Shown here: positions 43,307-56,216 of the stretch, in pieces
Layout of the letters: the number at the start of each line of letters is the position of its first letter
Numbering within the stretch: position 1 is the stretch's first letter
Assembly (NCBI RefSeq): GCF_044324875.1
Contig: NZ_CP172185.1
Origin: Escherichia coli
GTDB taxonomy: Bacteria > Pseudomonadota > Gammaproteobacteria > Enterobacterales > Enterobacteriaceae
Direction: 5' to 3' (one strand)
DNA length: 64,000 bases
The notes under the pieces: model-generated
What the model was told of the DNA's origin: nothing
What the model saw: the letters and a program-made list of their open reading frames with translations, nothing else
The model's database searches: none
Program-made: the position numbers and the translations under genes

Positions 43307-44357
43307 GCGCGATGCAATCAATCATATTCGGCAGTTTGGCGGGCGTCTGGATCGCTTCCGTAAATCGGTCGGCGGCTCTGGCGACGGCGGTCGTAACGCG
43401 CCGAAACGCGCGAAATCCTCGCCAAAACCGGTAAATCGCAAAACCAACGTTTTCAACGAACAGGTACGCTATGCCTTCCACGGCGCATTGCAGGATCTGA
43501 AAAGTAAACCGTTCGCCACGTTTTTAACGGTGATGGTTATCGCCATCTCCCTGACGCTGCCCAGCGTCTGTTATATGGTGTACAAAAACGTTAACCAGGC
43601 GGCGACGCAATATTATCCGTCACCGCAAATCACTGTTTACTTGCAAAAAACGCTGGACGATGACGCCGCTGCGGGTGTGGTGGCACAGTTGCAGGCCGAG
43701 CAAGGCGTGGAGAAAGTGAACTATCTTTCTCGTGAAGACGCACTGGGCGAGTTCCGTAACTGGTCTGGTTTTGGTGGTGCGCTGGATATGCTGGAAGAAA
43801 ACCCGCTTCCGGCAGTGGCGGTGGTGATCCCGAAACTCGATTTTCAGGGGACAGAATCACTGAATACGCTGCGTGATCGTATCACCCAGATCAACGGCAT
43901 TGACGAAGTGCGGATGGATGACAGCTGGTTTGCCCGTCTGGCGGCGTTAACCGGGCTGGTCGGGCGCGTTTCCGCGATGATCGGCGTGTTGATGGTGGCA
44001 GCAGTGTTTCTCGTCATCGGCAACAGTGTGCGTCTGAGCATCTTTGCTCGCCGTGACTCCATTAACGTGCAGAAACTGATTGGTGCGACGGATGGTTTCA
44101 TCCTGCGCCCGTTCCTGTACGGTGGCGCACTGCTGGGATTTTCTGGCGCATTGCTGTCATTAATTTTGTCAGAAATTCTGGTACTGCGTTTGTCATCGGC
44201 GGTTGCGGAAGTGGCACAGGTTTTCGGAACAAAGTTTGATATCAATGGCTTATCGTTCGATGAATGCCTGCTGTTGCTGCTGGTATGCTCGATGATTGGC
44301 TGGGTGGCAGCGTGGCTTGCCACGGTACAACATTTACGCCACTTTACGCCTGAATAA
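43299..44357 (+). CDS. ftsX: Cell division ABC transporter permease-like protein FtsX
   Basis: 352-aa product starting [15 protein letters not shown]; start overlaps the ftsE stop; ORF-track start at 43272 is an upstream extension. Confidence 0.9.
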
Positions 44358-44601
44358 TAAAAGCGTGTTATACTCTTTCCCTGCAATGGGTTCCGTAGCA
44401 GGGAAAGAGACCCCGTTGTCTCTTCCCGGTATTTCATCTCTATGTCACATTTTGTGCGTAATTTATTCACAGCGTTGCATTGAACTTGTGGATAAAATCA
44501 CTGTCTGATAAAACAGTGAATGATAACCTCGTTGCTCTTAAGCTCTGGCACAGTTGTTGCTACCACTGAAGCGCCAGAAGATATCGATTGAGAGGATTTG
44601 A

Positions 44602-45456
44602 ATGACTGACAAAATGCAAAGTTTAGCTTTAGCCCCAGTTGGCAACCTGGATTCCTACATCCGGGCAGCTAACGCGTGGCCGATGTTGTCGGCTGACGAG
44701 GAGCGGGCGCTGGCTGAAAAGCTGCATTACCATGGCGATCTGGAAGCAGCTAAAACGCTGATCCTGTCTCACCTGCGGTTTGTTGTTCATATTGCTCGTA
44801 ATTATGCGGGCTATGGCCTGCCACAGGCGGATTTGATTCAGGAAGGTAACATCGGCCTGATGAAAGCAGTGCGCCGTTTTAACCCGGAAGTGGGTGTGCG
44901 CCTGGTCTCCTTCGCCGTCCACTGGATCAAAGCAGAGATCCACGAATACGTTCTGCGTAACTGGCGTATCGTCAAAGTTGCGACCACCAAAGCGCAGCGC
45001 AAACTGTTCTTCAACCTGCGTAAAACCAAGCAGCGTCTGGGCTGGTTTAACCAGGATGAAGTTGAAATGGTGGCCCGTGAACTGGGCGTAACCAGCAAAG
45101 ACGTACGTGAGATGGAGTCGCGTATGGCGGCACAGGACATGACCTTTGACCTGTCTTCCGACGACGATTCGGATAGCCAGCCGATGGCTCCGGTGCTCTA
45201 TCTGCAGGATAAATCATCTAACTTTGCTGACGGCATCGAAGATGATAACTGGGAAGAGCAGGCGGCAAACCGTCTGACCGACGCGATGCAAGGTCTGGAC
45301 GAGCGTAGCCAGGATATCATCCGCGCGCGCTGGCTGGACGAAGACAACAAGTCCACGTTGCAGGAGCTGGCTGACCGTTACGGTGTTTCCGCTGAGCGTG
45401 TGCGCCAGCTGGAAAAGAACGCGATGAAAAAACTTCGCGCTGCCATTGAAGCGTAA
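44602..45456 (+). CDS. rpoH: RNA polymerase heat-shock sigma factor sigma-32
   Basis: 284 aa with sigma-70 family regions 2 and 4 and the RpoH box region ([18 protein letters not shown]). Confidence 0.95.
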   Translation: MTDKMQSLALAPVGNLDSYIRAANAWPMLSADEERALAEKLHYHGDLEAAKTLILSHLRFVVHIARNYAGYGLPQADLIQEGNIGLMKAVRRFNPEVGVRLVSFAVHWIKAEIHEYVLRNWRIVKVATTKAQRKLFFNLRKTKQRLGWFNQDEVEMVARELGVTSKDVREMESRMAAQDMTFDLSSDDDSDSQPMAPVLYLQDKSSNFADGIEDDNWEEQAANRLTDAMQGLDERSQDIIRARWLDEDNKSTLQELADRYGVSAERVRQLEKNAMKKLRAAIEA

Positions 45457-45477
45457 TTTCCGCTACTCAGCAGAGAA

Positions 45478-45509
45478 CCCTGGATGAGAATCCGGGGTTT
45501 TTGTTTTTT
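45478..45509 (+). terminator. rpoH intrinsic terminator (stem CCCTGGA/TCCGGGG with one G-U pair, followed by TTTTTGTTTTTT)
   Basis: Hairpin plus U-tract read directly from the sequence, 22 bp after the rpoH stop. Confidence 0.7.
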
Positions 45510-45727
45510 GGACCTCTGCAATAATCAGTTTCCCCCTCCGGCAAAACGCCAATCCCCACGCAGATTGTTAATAAACTGTCAAAATAGCTATTCCAATATC
45601 ATAAAAATGGGGTATGTTTTAGCAGAGTATGCTGATAAAGCACGGGCAGTCATGCATAAAACGAAATAAAGTGCTGAATCACAACACCACAACACACGTA
45701 ATAACCAGAAGAATGGGGAACCTCAGG

Positions 45728-46831
45728 ATGAACATGAAGGGTAAAGCGTTACTGGCAGGATGTATCGCGCTGGCATTCAGCAATATGGCTCTGGCAGAAG
45801 ATATTAAAGTCGCGGTCGTGGGCGCAATGTCCGGTCCGGTGGCCCAGTACGGTGACCAGGAGTTTACTGGTGCTGAGCAGGCGGTTGCGGATATCAATGC
45901 TAAAGGTGGTATCAAAGGCAACAAACTGCAAATCGTGAAATATGACGATGCCTGTGACCCGAAACAGGCGGTTGCGGTGGCGAACAAAGTCGTTAACGAC
46001 GGCATTAAATATGTGATTGGTCACCTCTGTTCTTCATCAACGCAGCCAGCGTCAGACATCTATGAAGATGAAGGCATTTTAATGATCACCCCAGCGGCAA
46101 CCGCGCCAGAGCTGACCGCTCGTGGCTATCAGCTGATCCTGCGCACTACCGGCCTGGACTCCGACCAGGGGCCGACGGCGGCGAAATATATTCTTGATAA
46201 AGTGAAACCGCAGCGTATTGCTATCGTCCACGACAAACAGCAATACGGCGAAGGTCTGGCGCGTGCGGTGCAGGACGGCCTGAAGAAAGGCAATGCTAAC
46301 GTGGTGTTCTTTGATGGCATCACCGCCGGGGAAAAAGATTTCTCTACGCTGGTGGCGCGTCTGAAAAAAGAGAATATCGACTTCGTTTACTACGGCGGTT
46401 ATCACCCGGAAATGGGGCAAATCCTGCGTCAGGCACGCGCGGCGGGGCTGAAAACTCAGTTTATGGGGCCGGAAGGCGTGGCTAACGTCTCGCTGTCTAA
46501 CATTGCGGGCGAATCAGCGGAAGGGCTGCTGGTGACCAAGCCGAAGAACTACGATCAGGTTCCGGCGAACAAACCAATTGTTGACGCGATCAAAGCGAAG
46601 AAACAGGACCCAAGCGGCGCGTTCGTCTGGACCACCTACGCCGCGCTGCAATCTTTGCAGGCGGGTCTGAATCAGTCTGACGATCCGGCTGAAATCGCCA
46701 AATACCTGAAAGCGAACTCCGTGGATACGGTGATGGGGCCGCTGACCTGGGATGAGAAAGGCGATCTGAAAGGCTTTGAGTTCGGCGTATTTGACTGGCA
46801 CGCCAACGGCACGGCGACCGATGCGAAGTAA
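45728..46831 (+). CDS. livJ: Leu/Ile/Val periplasmic binding protein LivJ
   Basis: 367-aa product starting [11 protein letters not shown] with a signal peptide; close paralogue of the livK product found 2 kb downstream. Confidence 0.9.
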   Translation: MNMKGKALLAGCIALAFSNMALAEDIKVAVVGAMSGPVAQYGDQEFTGAEQAVADINAKGGIKGNKLQIVKYDDACDPKQAVAVANKVVNDGIKYVIGHLCSSSTQPASDIYEDEGILMITPAATAPELTARGYQLILRTTGLDSDQGPTAAKYILDKVKPQRIAIVHDKQQYGEGLARAVQDGLKKGNANVVFFDGITAGEKDFSTLVARLKKENIDFVYYGGYHPEMGQILRQARAAGLKTQFMGPEGVANVSLSNIAGESAEGLLVTKPKNYDQVPANKPIVDAIKAKKQDPSGAFVWTTYAALQSLQAGLNQSDDPAEIAKYLKANSVDTVMGPLTWDEKGDLKGFEFGVFDWHANGTATDAK

Positions 46832-46888
46832 TCATTAATCGGCAACTTGGAGTTGCCGCCAAATTGCTAATATCGAGTACGTTGCTTC

Positions 46889-46990
46889 ATGCCGGATGCG
46901 GCGTATACGCCTTATCCGGCCTACAAGATCCAAAGAAATCAGTAAATTGCAGCACACATTGTAGGCCTGATAAGCGTAGCGCATCAGGCA
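46889..46990. repeat. Pair of REP (repetitive extragenic palindromic) elements in inverted orientation (BIME-like)
   Basis: GCCGGATGCGGCGTATACGCCTTATCCGGCCTACA and TGTAGGCCTGATAAGCGTAGCGCATCAGGCA consensus REP units between convergent livJ and panM. Confidence 0.8.
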
Positions 46991-47030
46991 ATTTCTCGTT
47001 GGTCGTCACTTTTGAAATCAAACTTGACGA

Positions 47031-47414
47031 TTAACGCTTCTCCCAGCCGCCCTGTTGTGCCGTAAATCCCAGAGCCTGCATAAACGCTGTCATCACACCG
47101 CGATCTTCCACGCCAGCATCCGCCATCCACCAGCCTAAAACGCCAGGATTGGTACGCAAAACCTCTTCCAGCAGATATTGCCCCACACCGCGACGGCGGG
47201 TGACTTCCCGCACACGTAGAGAATCCAGTGCCCCCTCGGTGCCGCTTAAGGTTACCCGCACGGCCGCTAGGAGGCGCTCGTTAAAACGCGCGGCGTAGAT
47301 ACGGTGGTTATCGTCAACCTGTAAAGAGGAAGGGGAATACTCCGGCCAGATCTTTTGCAGGTCAATCCGGTCCTGGTCGCTAAAGTTTTCTAATCGAATG
47401 ATGGTCAGCTTCAT
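47031..47414 (-). CDS. panM: GNAT-fold PanD maturation factor PanM
   Basis: 127-aa GNAT-family protein at the conserved position between livJ and livK. Confidence 0.85.
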   Translation of the reverse strand: MKLTIIRLENFSDQDRIDLQKIWPEYSPSSLQVDDNHRIYAARFNERLLAAVRVTLSGTEGALDSLRVREVTRRRGVGQYLLEEVLRTNPGVLGWWMADAGVEDRGVMTAFMQALGFTAQQGGWEKR

Positions 47415-47837
47415 GGGTAACCCGTGTAAATCACAAAAGAGGAACCAGTGTAGCGAAATAATTTAATCGGAGGCTTTCTCTTTTTTATTTCTTTTGGCAG
47501 GTGATTAATTTTTTTTCAGCAATAATTACAAAGTTAAAACATTAGAGAATGAAAAATGTCCAGCATAATCCCCTGAATGGTAGTGAATTATTCTGCCCTT
47601 TGTTCCGTTATTTTATGCTGACAACGGTGCTTTTTTCTGTTTATCTATCAATTAATTCAGAATATTATCTGTTCTTAATCGACTGAAAAATAGGGATTTT
47701 AATCGCTATTATCACAAAATACTGCGCTAAACCCTTAATCAGACAGGTAAAAACAGCGCAGTATAAAAAAAGAACAGCCTGATTTGTTAACACATAAAAA
47801 CAAAGCAACACAACATTACGAGTGGGGATTTTTGACT

Positions 47838-48947
47838 ATGAAACGGAATGCGAAAACTATCATCGCAGGGATGATTGCACTGGCAATTTCACACACCGCT
47901 TTAGCCGACGATATTAAAGTTGCCGTTGTCGGCGCGATGTCCGGTCCGATTGCTCAGTGGGGCGATATGGAATTTAACGGCGCGCGTCAGGCCATTAAAG
48001 ACATTAATGCCAAAGGGGGAATTAAGGGCGATAAGCTGGTGGGCGTGGAATATGACGACGCCTGCGATCCGAAACAAGCCGTTGCGGTCGCCAACAAAAT
48101 CGTTAACGACGGCATTAAATACGTCATCGGCCATCTGTGTTCCTCCTCTACCCAGCCTGCTTCAGATATCTACGAAGACGAAGGTATTCTGATGATCTCG
48201 CCGGGAGCGACCAACCCGGAGCTGACCCAACGCGGTTATCAACACATCATGCGCACTGCCGGGCTGGACTCTTCCCAGGGGCCAACGGCGGCAAAATACA
48301 TTCTTGAGACGGTGAAGCCCCAGCGCATCGCGATCATTCACGACAAACAACAGTATGGTGAAGGGCTGGCGCGTTCGGTGCAGGACGGATTGAAAGCAGC
48401 CAATGCCAACGTCGTTTTCTTCGACGGTATTACCGCCGGGGAGAAAGATTTCTCCGCGCTGATCGCCCGCCTGAAAAAAGAAAACATCGACTTCGTTTAC
48501 TACGGCGGTTACTACCCGGAAATGGGGCAGATGCTGCGCCAGGCCCGTTCCGTTGGCCTGAAAACTCAGTTTATGGGGCCGGAAGGTGTGGGTAATGCGT
48601 CGTTGTCGAATATTGCTGGCGATGCTGCCGAAGGCATGTTGGTCACTATGCCAAAACGCTATGACCAGGATCCGGCAAACCAGGGCATTGTTGATGCGTT
48701 GAAAGCAGACAAGAAAGATCCGTCCGGGCCTTATGTCTGGATCACTTACGCGGCGGTGCAATCTCTGGCGACTGCCCTTGAGCGTACCGGCAGCGATGAG
48801 CCGCTGGCACTGGTGAAAGATTTAAAAGCTAACGGTGCGAACACCGTGATTGGGCCGCTGAACTGGGATGAAAAAGGCGATCTTAAGGGATTTGATTTTG
48901 GTGTCTTCCAGTGGCACGCCGACGGTTCATCCACGGCAGCCAAGTGA
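47838..48947 (+). CDS. livK: Leucine-specific periplasmic binding protein LivK
   Basis: 369-aa product starting [11 protein letters not shown], highly similar to LivJ; first gene of livKHMGF. Confidence 0.9.
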   Translation: MKRNAKTIIAGMIALAISHTALADDIKVAVVGAMSGPIAQWGDMEFNGARQAIKDINAKGGIKGDKLVGVEYDDACDPKQAVAVANKIVNDGIKYVIGHLCSSSTQPASDIYEDEGILMISPGATNPELTQRGYQHIMRTAGLDSSQGPTAAKYILETVKPQRIAIIHDKQQYGEGLARSVQDGLKAANANVVFFDGITAGEKDFSALIARLKKENIDFVYYGGYYPEMGQMLRQARSVGLKTQFMGPEGVGNASLSNIAGDAAEGMLVTMPKRYDQDPANQGIVDALKADKKDPSGPYVWITYAAVQSLATALERTGSDEPLALVKDLKANGANTVIGPLNWDEKGDLKGFDFGVFQWHADGSSTAAK

Positions 48948-48994
48948 TCATCCCACCGCCCGTGAAAAACGGGCGGGTTTAGAAAGGTTACCTT

Positions 48995-49921
48995 ATGTCT
49001 GAGCAGTTTTTGTATTTCTTGCAGCAGATGTTTAACGGCGTCACGCTGGGCAGTACCTACGCGCTGATAGCCATCGGCTACACCATGGTTTACGGCATTA
49101 TCGGCATGATCAACTTCGCCCACGGCGAGGTTTATATGATTGGTAGCTATGTCTCCTTTATGATCATCGCCGCACTGATGATGCTGGGCATTGATACCGG
49201 CTGGCTACTGGTGGCGTCGGGATTCGTCGGCGCAATCGTCATTGCCAGCGCCTACGGCTGGAGTATCGAACGGGTGGCCTATCGCCCGGTGCGTAACTCT
49301 AAGCGCCTGATTGCGCTCATTTCCGCAATCGGCATGTCCATCTTCCTGCAAAACTATGTCAGTCTGACCGAAGGTTCGCGCGACGTGGCGCTGCCCAGTC
49401 TGTTTAACGGTCAGTGGGTGGTGGGCCATAGCGAAAACTTCTCTGCCTCTATTACCACCATGCAGGCGGTGATATGGATTGTTACTTTCCTCGCCATGCT
49501 GGCGCTGACGATTTTCATTCGCTATTCCCGTATGGGGCGCGCCTGCCGTGCCTGCGCGGAAGATCTGAAAATGGCGAGCCTGCTTGGCATCAACACCGAT
49601 CGGGTGATTGCGCTGACCTTTGTGATTGGCGCGGCGATGGCGGCGGTGGCGGGTGTGCTACTCGGTCAGTTCTACGGCGTCATTAACCCCTACATCGGCT
49701 TTATGGCCGGGATGAAAGCCTTTACCGCTGCGGTGCTCGGTGGGATTGGCAGCATTCCGGGAGCGATGATTGGCGGGCTGATCCTGGGGATTGCGGAGGC
49801 GCTCTCTTCTGCCTATCTGAGTACGGAATATAAAGATGTGGTCTCATTCGCCCTGCTGATTCTTGTGTTGCTGGTGATGCCGACCGGTATTCTGGGTCGC
49901 CCGGAGGTAGAGAAAGTATGA
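48995..49921 (+). CDS. livH: Branched-chain amino acid ABC transporter permease LivH
   Basis: 308-aa polytopic permease; operon position. Confidence 0.9.
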   Translation: MSEQFLYFLQQMFNGVTLGSTYALIAIGYTMVYGIIGMINFAHGEVYMIGSYVSFMIIAALMMLGIDTGWLLVASGFVGAIVIASAYGWSIERVAYRPVRNSKRLIALISAIGMSIFLQNYVSLTEGSRDVALPSLFNGQWVVGHSENFSASITTMQAVIWIVTFLAMLALTIFIRYSRMGRACRACAEDLKMASLLGINTDRVIALTFVIGAAMAAVAGVLLGQFYGVINPYIGFMAGMKAFTAAVLGGIGSIPGAMIGGLILGIAEALSSAYLSTEYKDVVSFALLILVLLVMPTGILGRPEVEKV

Positions 49922-51195
49922 AACCGATGCATATTGCAATGGCGTTGCTCTCTGCCGCGATGTTCTTTGTCCTCGCTGGCGTCTTTATGGGCGTGCAACT
50001 GGAGCTGGATGGCACCAAACTGGTGGTCGACACGGCTTCAGACATCCGTTGGCAGTGGGTGTTTATCGGCACGGCGGTGGTCTTTTTCTTCCAGCTTTTG
50101 CGACCGGCTTTCCAGAAAGGGCTGAAAAGCGTTTCCGGACCGAAGTTTATTCTGCCCGCGATTGATGGCTCCACGGTGAAACAGAAACTGTTCCTCGTGG
50201 CGCTGTTGGTGCTTGCGGTGGCGTGGCCGTTTATGGTTTCACGCGGGACGGTGGATATTGCCACCCTGACCATGATCTACATTATCCTTGGCCTCGGGCT
50301 GAACGTGGTGGTAGGTCTTTCTGGTCTGCTGGTGCTGGGGTACGGCGGCTTTTACGCCATCGGCGCTTACACTTTTGCGCTGCTCAATCACTATTACGGT
50401 CTGGGCTTCTGGACCTGTCTGCCGATTGCCGGGTTAATGGCGGCGGCGGCGGGCTTCCTGCTCGGCTTTCCGGTGCTGCGTCTGCGCGGTGACTATCTGG
50501 CGATCGTTACCCTCGGTTTCGGCGAAATTGTGCGCATATTGCTGCTCAATAACACTGAAATCACTGGTGGCCCGAACGGAATTAGTCAGATCCCGAAACC
50601 GACTTTCTTCGGCCTCGAGTTCAGCCGTACCGCCCGCGAAGGCGGCTGGGACACGTTCAGTAATTTCTTTGGCCTGAAATACGATCCCTCCGATCGCGTT
50701 ATCTTCCTGTACCTGGTGGCGTTGCTGCTGGTGGTATTAAGCCTGTTTGTCATTAACCGCCTGCTGCGGATGCCGCTGGGCCGTGCGTGGGAAGCGTTGC
50801 GTGAAGACGAGATCGCCTGCCGTTCGCTGGGCTTAAGCCCGCGTCGTATCAAGCTGACTGCCTTTACCATTAGCGCTGCGTTTGCCGGTTTTGCCGGAAC
50901 GCTGTTTGCTGCGCGTCAGGGCTTTGTCAGCCCGGAATCCTTCACCTTTGCCGAATCGGCGTTTGTGCTGGCGATAGTGGTGCTTGGCGGTATGGGCTCG
51001 CAATTTGCGGTAATTCTGGCGGCAATTTTGCTGGTGGTGTCGCGCGAATTGATGCGTGATTTCAACGAATACAGCATGTTAATGCTCGGTGGTTTGATGG
51101 TGCTGATGATGATCTGGCGTCCGCAGGGCTTGCTGCCCATGACGCGCCCGCAACTGAAGCTGAAAAACGGCGCAGCGAAAGGAGAGCAGGCATGA
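49918..51195 (+). CDS. livM: Branched-chain amino acid ABC transporter permease LivM
   Basis: 425-aa permease; start overlaps the livH stop. Confidence 0.9.
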   Translation: MKPMHIAMALLSAAMFFVLAGVFMGVQLELDGTKLVVDTASDIRWQWVFIGTAVVFFFQLLRPAFQKGLKSVSGPKFILPAIDGSTVKQKLFLVALLVLAVAWPFMVSRGTVDIATLTMIYIILGLGLNVVVGLSGLLVLGYGGFYAIGAYTFALLNHYYGLGFWTCLPIAGLMAAAAGFLLGFPVLRLRGDYLAIVTLGFGEIVRILLLNNTEITGGPNGISQIPKPTFFGLEFSRTAREGGWDTFSNFFGLKYDPSDRVIFLYLVALLLVVLSLFVINRLLRMPLGRAWEALREDEIACRSLGLSPRRIKLTAFTISAAFAGFAGTLFAARQGFVSPESFTFAESAFVLAIVVLGGMGSQFAVILAAILLVVSRELMRDFNEYSMLMLGGLMVLMMIWRPQGLLPMTRPQLKLKNGAAKGEQA

Positions 51196-51959
51196 GTCAG
51201 CCATTATTATCCGTTAACGGCCTGATGATGCGCTTCGGCGGCCTGCTGGCGGTGAACAACGTCAATCTTGAACTGTACCCGCAGGAGATCGTCTCGTTAA
51301 TCGGACCTAACGGTGCCGGAAAAACCACGGTCTTCAACTGCCTGACTGGATTCTATAAACCCACCGGCGGCACTATTTTACTGCGCGATCAGCATCTGGA
51401 AGGTTTACCGGGGCAGCAAATTGCCCGCATGGGCGTGGTGCGTACCTTCCAGCATGTGCGTCTGTTCCGTGAAATGACGGTAATTGAAAACCTGCTGGTG
51501 GCACAGCATCAGCAACTGAAAACCGGGCTGTTCTCCGGCCTGTTGAAAACGCCTTCTTTCCGTCGCGCCCAGAGCGAAGCGCTCGACCGCGCCGCTACCT
51601 GGCTTGAGCGCATTGGTTTGCTGGAACATGCCAACCGTCAGGCGAGTAACCTGGCCTATGGTGACCAGCGTCGTCTGGAGATTGCCCGCTGCATGGTGAC
51701 GCAGCCGGAGATTTTAATGCTCGACGAACCTGCGGCAGGTCTTAACCCGAAAGAGACGAAAGAGCTGGATGAGCTGATTGCCGAACTGCGCAATCATCAC
51801 AACACCACTATCTTGTTAATTGAACACGATATGAAGCTGGTGATGGGAATTTCGGACCGAATTTACGTGGTCAATCAGGGGACGCCACTGGCAAACGGTA
51901 CGCCGGAGCAAATCCGTAATAACCCGGACGTGATCCGTGCCTATTTAGGTGAGGCATAA
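51192..51959 (+). CDS. livG: Branched-chain amino acid ABC transporter ATP-binding protein LivG
   Basis: Walker [10 protein letters not shown]; 255 aa. Confidence 0.9.
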   Translation: MSQPLLSVNGLMMRFGGLLAVNNVNLELYPQEIVSLIGPNGAGKTTVFNCLTGFYKPTGGTILLRDQHLEGLPGQQIARMGVVRTFQHVRLFREMTVIENLLVAQHQQLKTGLFSGLLKTPSFRRAQSEALDRAATWLERIGLLEHANRQASNLAYGDQRRLEIARCMVTQPEILMLDEPAAGLNPKETKELDELIAELRNHHNTTILLIEHDMKLVMGISDRIYVVNQGTPLANGTPEQIRNNPDVIRAYLGEA

Positions 51960-51960
51960 G

Positions 51961-52674
51961 ATGGAAAAAGTCATGTTGTCCTTTGACAAAGTCAGCGCCC
52001 ACTACGGCAAAATCCAGGCGCTGCATGAGGTGAGCCTGCATATCAATCAGGGCGAGATTGTCACCCTTATTGGCGCGAACGGGGCGGGGAAAACCACCTT
52101 GCTCGGCACATTATGCGGCGACCCGCGCGCCACCAGCGGGCGAATTGTGTTTGATGATAAAGACATTACCGACTGGCAGACGGCGAAAATCATGCGCGAA
52201 GCGGTGGCGATTGTCCCGGAAGGGCGTCGTGTTTTCTCGCGGATGACGGTGGAAGAGAACCTGGCGATGGGCGGTTTTTTTGCTGAACGTGACCAGTTCC
52301 AGGAACGCATAAAGTGGGTGTATGAACTGTTTCCGCGTCTCCATGAACGCCGTGTTCAGCGGGCGGGCACCATGTCCGGCGGTGAGCAGCAGATGCTGGC
52401 GATTGGTCGCGCGCTGATGAGCAACCCGCGTTTATTGTTGCTTGATGAGCCATCGCTCGGTCTTGCGCCGATTATCATCCAGCAAATTTTCGACACCATC
52501 GAGCAGCTGCGTGAGCAGGGGATGACCATCTTCCTCGTCGAGCAGAACGCCAACCAGGCGCTAAAGCTGGCGGATCGCGGCTACGTGCTGGAAAACGGTC
52601 ATGTAGTGCTCTCCGATACCGGCGACGCGCTGCTGGCGAATGAAGCGGTGAGAAGTGCGTATTTAGGCGGGTAA
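51961..52674 (+). CDS. livF: Branched-chain amino acid ABC transporter ATP-binding protein LivF
   Basis: 237-aa product starting MEKVMLSFDK; Walker A GANGAGKTT and signature MSGGEQQM. Confidence 0.9.
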   Translation: MEKVMLSFDKVSAHYGKIQALHEVSLHINQGEIVTLIGANGAGKTTLLGTLCGDPRATSGRIVFDDKDITDWQTAKIMREAVAIVPEGRRVFSRMTVEENLAMGGFFAERDQFQERIKWVYELFPRLHERRVQRAGTMSGGEQQMLAIGRALMSNPRLLLLDEPSLGLAPIIIQQIFDTIEQLREQGMTIFLVEQNANQALKLADRGYVLENGHVVLSDTGDALLANEAVRSAYLGG

Positions 52675-52690
52675 TAACACGTTGATTGAT

Positions 52691-52710
52691 AAGGAGTCAA
52701 AAGACTCCTT
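52691..52710 (+). terminator. Hairpin AAGGAGTC-AAAA-GACTCCTT after livF; candidate terminator
   Basis: Perfect 8-bp inverted repeat 17 bp after the livF stop; only a weak U-tract follows. Confidence 0.45.
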
Positions 52711-52736
52711 TGAGACAGGTTACAAATGTAAAATTG

Positions 52737-52835
<99 letters not shown>

Positions 52836-52984
52836 TGAAACGATGAGCAATCTGTAGAGTTTGATTCAGACCTTCTATTTTTCCCGCTTATCCGTGCCCC
52901 ATCTCCCATTTTCCCTCACCCGTACCGTCACCGCCTTGTCATCTTTCTGACACCTTACTATCTTACAAATGTAACAAAAAAGTT

Positions 52985-53020
52985 ATTTTTCTGTAATTCG
53001 AGCATGTCATGTTACCCCGC
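52985..53020 (+). promoter_or_regulatory. ugpB promoter region with candidate PhoB-binding (Pho box-like) repeats
   Basis: CTGTAAT ... TGTCATG motifs upstream of ugpB resemble Pho box half-sites; exact boundaries not resolved by eye. Confidence 0.35.
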
Positions 53021-53071
53021 GAGCATAAAACGCGTGAATTCGCGCATTCGGTACAACAAGAGAGATAAACG

Positions 53072-54388
53072 ATGAAACCGTTACATTATACAGCTTCAGC
53101 ACTGGCGCTCGGACTGGCGTTAATGGGGAATGCACAGGCAGTGACGACCATTCCGTTCTGGCATTCTATGGAAGGGGAACTGGGTAAAGAGGTGGATTCT
53201 CTGGCCCAACGTTTTAACGCCGAAAACCCGGATTACAAAATTGTACCGACCTATAAAGGCAACTACGAACAGAATTTAAGCGCGGGGATTGCCGCATTTC
53301 GTACCGGCAACGCGCCTGCTATTTTGCAGGTTTATGAAGTTGGCACCGCCACCATGATGGCGTCGAAAGCCATTAAACCAGTATATGACGTGTTTAAAGA
53401 GGCGGGGATTCAGTTCGATGAGTCGCAGTTTGTGCCGACGGTTTCAGGTTACTACTCCGACAGCAAAACCGGCCACTTACTCTCCCAGCCGTTCAACAGC
53501 TCGACTCCCGTTCTCTATTACAACAAAGACGCCTTCAAGAAAGCCGGTTTAGACCCGGAACAGCCGCCGAAAACCTGGCAGGATCTGGCGGACTATGCCG
53601 CGAAACTGAAAGCCTCCGGTATGAAGTGCGGCTACGCCAGCGGCTGGCAGGGCTGGATCCAACTGGAAAACTTTAGCGCCTGGAACGGTCTGCCGTTTGC
53701 CAGCAAAAACAACGGCTTTGACGGCACAGACGCGGTGCTGGAGTTCAACAAGCCGGAGCAGGTGAAACACATCACTATGCTCGAAGAGATGAACAAGAAG
53801 GGCGATTTCAGCTACGTCGGGCGTAAGGATGAATCCACTGAGAAGTTCTATAACGGTGATTGCGCGATGACCACTGCCTCTTCCGGTTCTCTTGCCAACA
53901 TTCGCGAGTACGCCAAATTTAACTACGGCGTAGGCATGATGCCTTACGACGCCGATGCGAAAGATGCACCGCAAAATGCCATTATCGGTGGAGCCAGCCT
54001 GTGGGTAATGCAGGGTAAAGATAAAGAAACTTATACGGGTGTGGCGAAGTTCCTCGACTTCCTCGCGAAGCCAGAAAACGCTGCCGAGTGGCATCAGAAA
54101 ACTGGTTATCTGCCAATCACCAAAGCGGCGTATGACCTGACCCGTGAGCAGGGCTTTTATGAGAAAAACCCAGGGGCGGATACCGCGACGCGTCAGATGC
54201 TGAACAAGCCGCCGTTGCCGTTCACCAAAGGGTTGCGTCTGGGCAATATGCCGCAGATCCGCGTGATTGTGGATGAAGAGCTGGAGAGCGTGTGGACCGG
54301 TAAGAAGACGCCACAGCAGGCGCTGGATACTGCCGTTGAGCGTGGAAATCAGTTGCTGCGCCGTTTTGAGAAATCGACGAAGTCTTAA
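53072..54388 (+). CDS. ugpB: sn-glycerol-3-phosphate periplasmic binding protein UgpB
   Basis: 438-aa solute-binding protein with signal peptide; operon position. Confidence 0.9.
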   Translation: MKPLHYTASALALGLALMGNAQAVTTIPFWHSMEGELGKEVDSLAQRFNAENPDYKIVPTYKGNYEQNLSAGIAAFRTGNAPAILQVYEVGTATMMASKAIKPVYDVFKEAGIQFDESQFVPTVSGYYSDSKTGHLLSQPFNSSTPVLYYNKDAFKKAGLDPEQPPKTWQDLADYAAKLKASGMKCGYASGWQGWIQLENFSAWNGLPFASKNNGFDGTDAVLEFNKPEQVKHITMLEEMNKKGDFSYVGRKDESTEKFYNGDCAMTTASSGSLANIREYAKFNYGVGMMPYDADAKDAPQNAIIGGASLWVMQGKDKETYTGVAKFLDFLAKPENAAEWHQKTGYLPITKAAYDLTREQGFYEKNPGADTATRQMLNKPPLPFTKGLRLGNMPQIRVIVDEELESVWTGKKTPQQALDTAVERGNQLLRRFEKSTKS

Positions 54389-54396
54389 TCAGTGTA

Positions 54397-54466
54397 ATGT
54401 CGGATGCGTTTCGCTTATCTGACCTGGCATCGCGTGTAGGCCGGATAAGCGAAGCGCATCCGGCAC
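54397..54466. repeat. REP element pair between ugpB and ugpA
   Basis: GTCGGATGCGTTTCGCTTATCTGACC and GTAGGCCGGATAAGCGAAGCGCATCCGGCA REP-consensus units. Confidence 0.8.
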
Positions 54467-54485
54467 AGTTCAGGAATTAACCGTA

Positions 54486-55373
54486 ATGTCATCATCCCGT
54501 CCGGTGTTCCGCTCGCGCTGGCTGCCTTATTTGCTGGTCGCGCCGCAGCTCATCATCACCGTTATCTTTTTTATCTGGCCTGCGGGCGAAGCGTTGTGGT
54601 ACTCGCTACAAAGCGTCGATCCGTTTGGTTTCTCCAGCCAGTTTGTCGGCCTGGATAACTTCGTCACGTTGTTTCATGACAGCTACTATCTCGACTCCTT
54701 CTGGACGACGATAAAATTCAGCACCTTTGTCACCGTCAGCGGTTTGCTGGTATCGCTGTTCTTCGCAGCGCTGGTGGAGTACATCGTGCGCGGCAGCCGT
54801 TTATATCAAACCTTAATGCTGCTGCCGTATGCCGTGGCTCCCGCCGTTGCCGCCGTATTATGGATCTTCCTGTTTAACCCCGGTCGCGGGCTGATCAACC
54901 ATTTTCTCGCTGAGTTCGGCTACGACTGGAACCACGCGCAAAACAGCGGTCAGGCGATGTTTCTGGTGGTGTTTGCCTCGGTGTGGAAGCAAATTAGCTA
55001 CAACTTCCTGTTCTTCTATGCCGCGCTGCAATCCATACCCCGTTCGTTGATCGAAGCCGCAGCCATCGACGGTGCAGGCCCGATTCGCCGCTTCTTTAAG
55101 ATTGCGCTGCCGCTTATCGCTCCGGTGAGTTTCTTCCTGCTGGTGGTGAACCTGGTATACGCCTTCTTCGACACCTTCCCGGTGATCGACGCCGCCACGT
55201 CCGGCGGGCCGGTTCAGGCCACCACGACGCTGATTTATAAGATTTACCGCGAAGGCTTTACCGGACTGGATCTGGCTTCGTCTGCCGCGCAGTCGGTGGT
55301 GTTGATGTTCCTCGTCATCGTGCTGACGGTGGTGCAGTTCCGCTATGTTGAAAGCAAGGTGCGTTACCAATGA
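54486..55373 (+). CDS. ugpA: sn-glycerol-3-phosphate ABC transporter permease UgpA
   Basis: 295-aa MalF-type permease. Confidence 0.9.
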
Positions 55374-56215
55374 TTGAGAACCGTCCGTGGCTGACAATAT
55401 TCAGCCATACCATGCTGATCCTCGGGATCGCGGTGATCCTCTTCCCGCTGTACGTGGCGTTTGTCGCGGCGACGCTGGATAAACAGGCCGTCTACGCCGC
55501 GCCGATGACGCTCATCCCCGGCACGCATCTGCTGGAAAATATCCACAACATCTGGGTAAACGGGGTAGGTACGAATAGCGCGCCGTTCTGGCGGATGTTG
55601 CTTAACAGCTTTGTGATGGCGTTCAGCATTACGCTCGGCAAAATTACCGTCTCGATGCTCTCGGCATTTGCCATTGTCTGGTTTCGTTTTCCGCTGCGTA
55701 ACCTCTTCTTCTGGATGATTTTTATCACTCTGATGTTGCCGGTTGAAGTGCGTATTTTCCCGACGGTGGAAGTCATCGCCAATCTGAAGATGCTCGACAG
55801 CTACGCCGGCTTAACGCTGCCGCTGATGGCCTCGGCGACCGCCACCTTCCTGTTCCGCCAGTTCTTTATGACGCTGCCGGATGAGCTGGTGGAAGCCGCG
55901 CGGATCGACGGCGCATCACCCATGCGTTTCTTTTGCGACATCGTTTTTCCGCTGTCCAAAACCAATCTGGCGGCGCTGTTTGTGATCACCTTTATCTACG
56001 GCTGGAACCAGTATTTGTGGCCGTTGTTGATTATTACCGATGTGGATCTCGGCACCACCGTGGCAGGGATTAAAGGGATGATCGCCACTGGCGAAGGCAC
56101 CACGGAATGGAACTCGGTGATGGCGGCGATGTTGTTAACGCTGATCCCTCCGGTGGTGATTGTTTTAGTGATGCAGCGTGCCTTCGTGCGCGGCCTGGTC
56201 GATAGTGAGAAATAA
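55370..56215 (+). CDS. ugpE: sn-glycerol-3-phosphate ABC transporter permease UgpE
   Basis: 281-aa MalG-type permease; start overlaps the ugpA stop. Confidence 0.9.
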
Positions 56216-56216
56216 G

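Noticed and set aside
45679-48761. ORFs antisense to livJ and livK (45679..46005, 46079..46420, 48162..48761)
   Set aside because: Overlap two well-supported paralogous binding-protein genes; no independent support.
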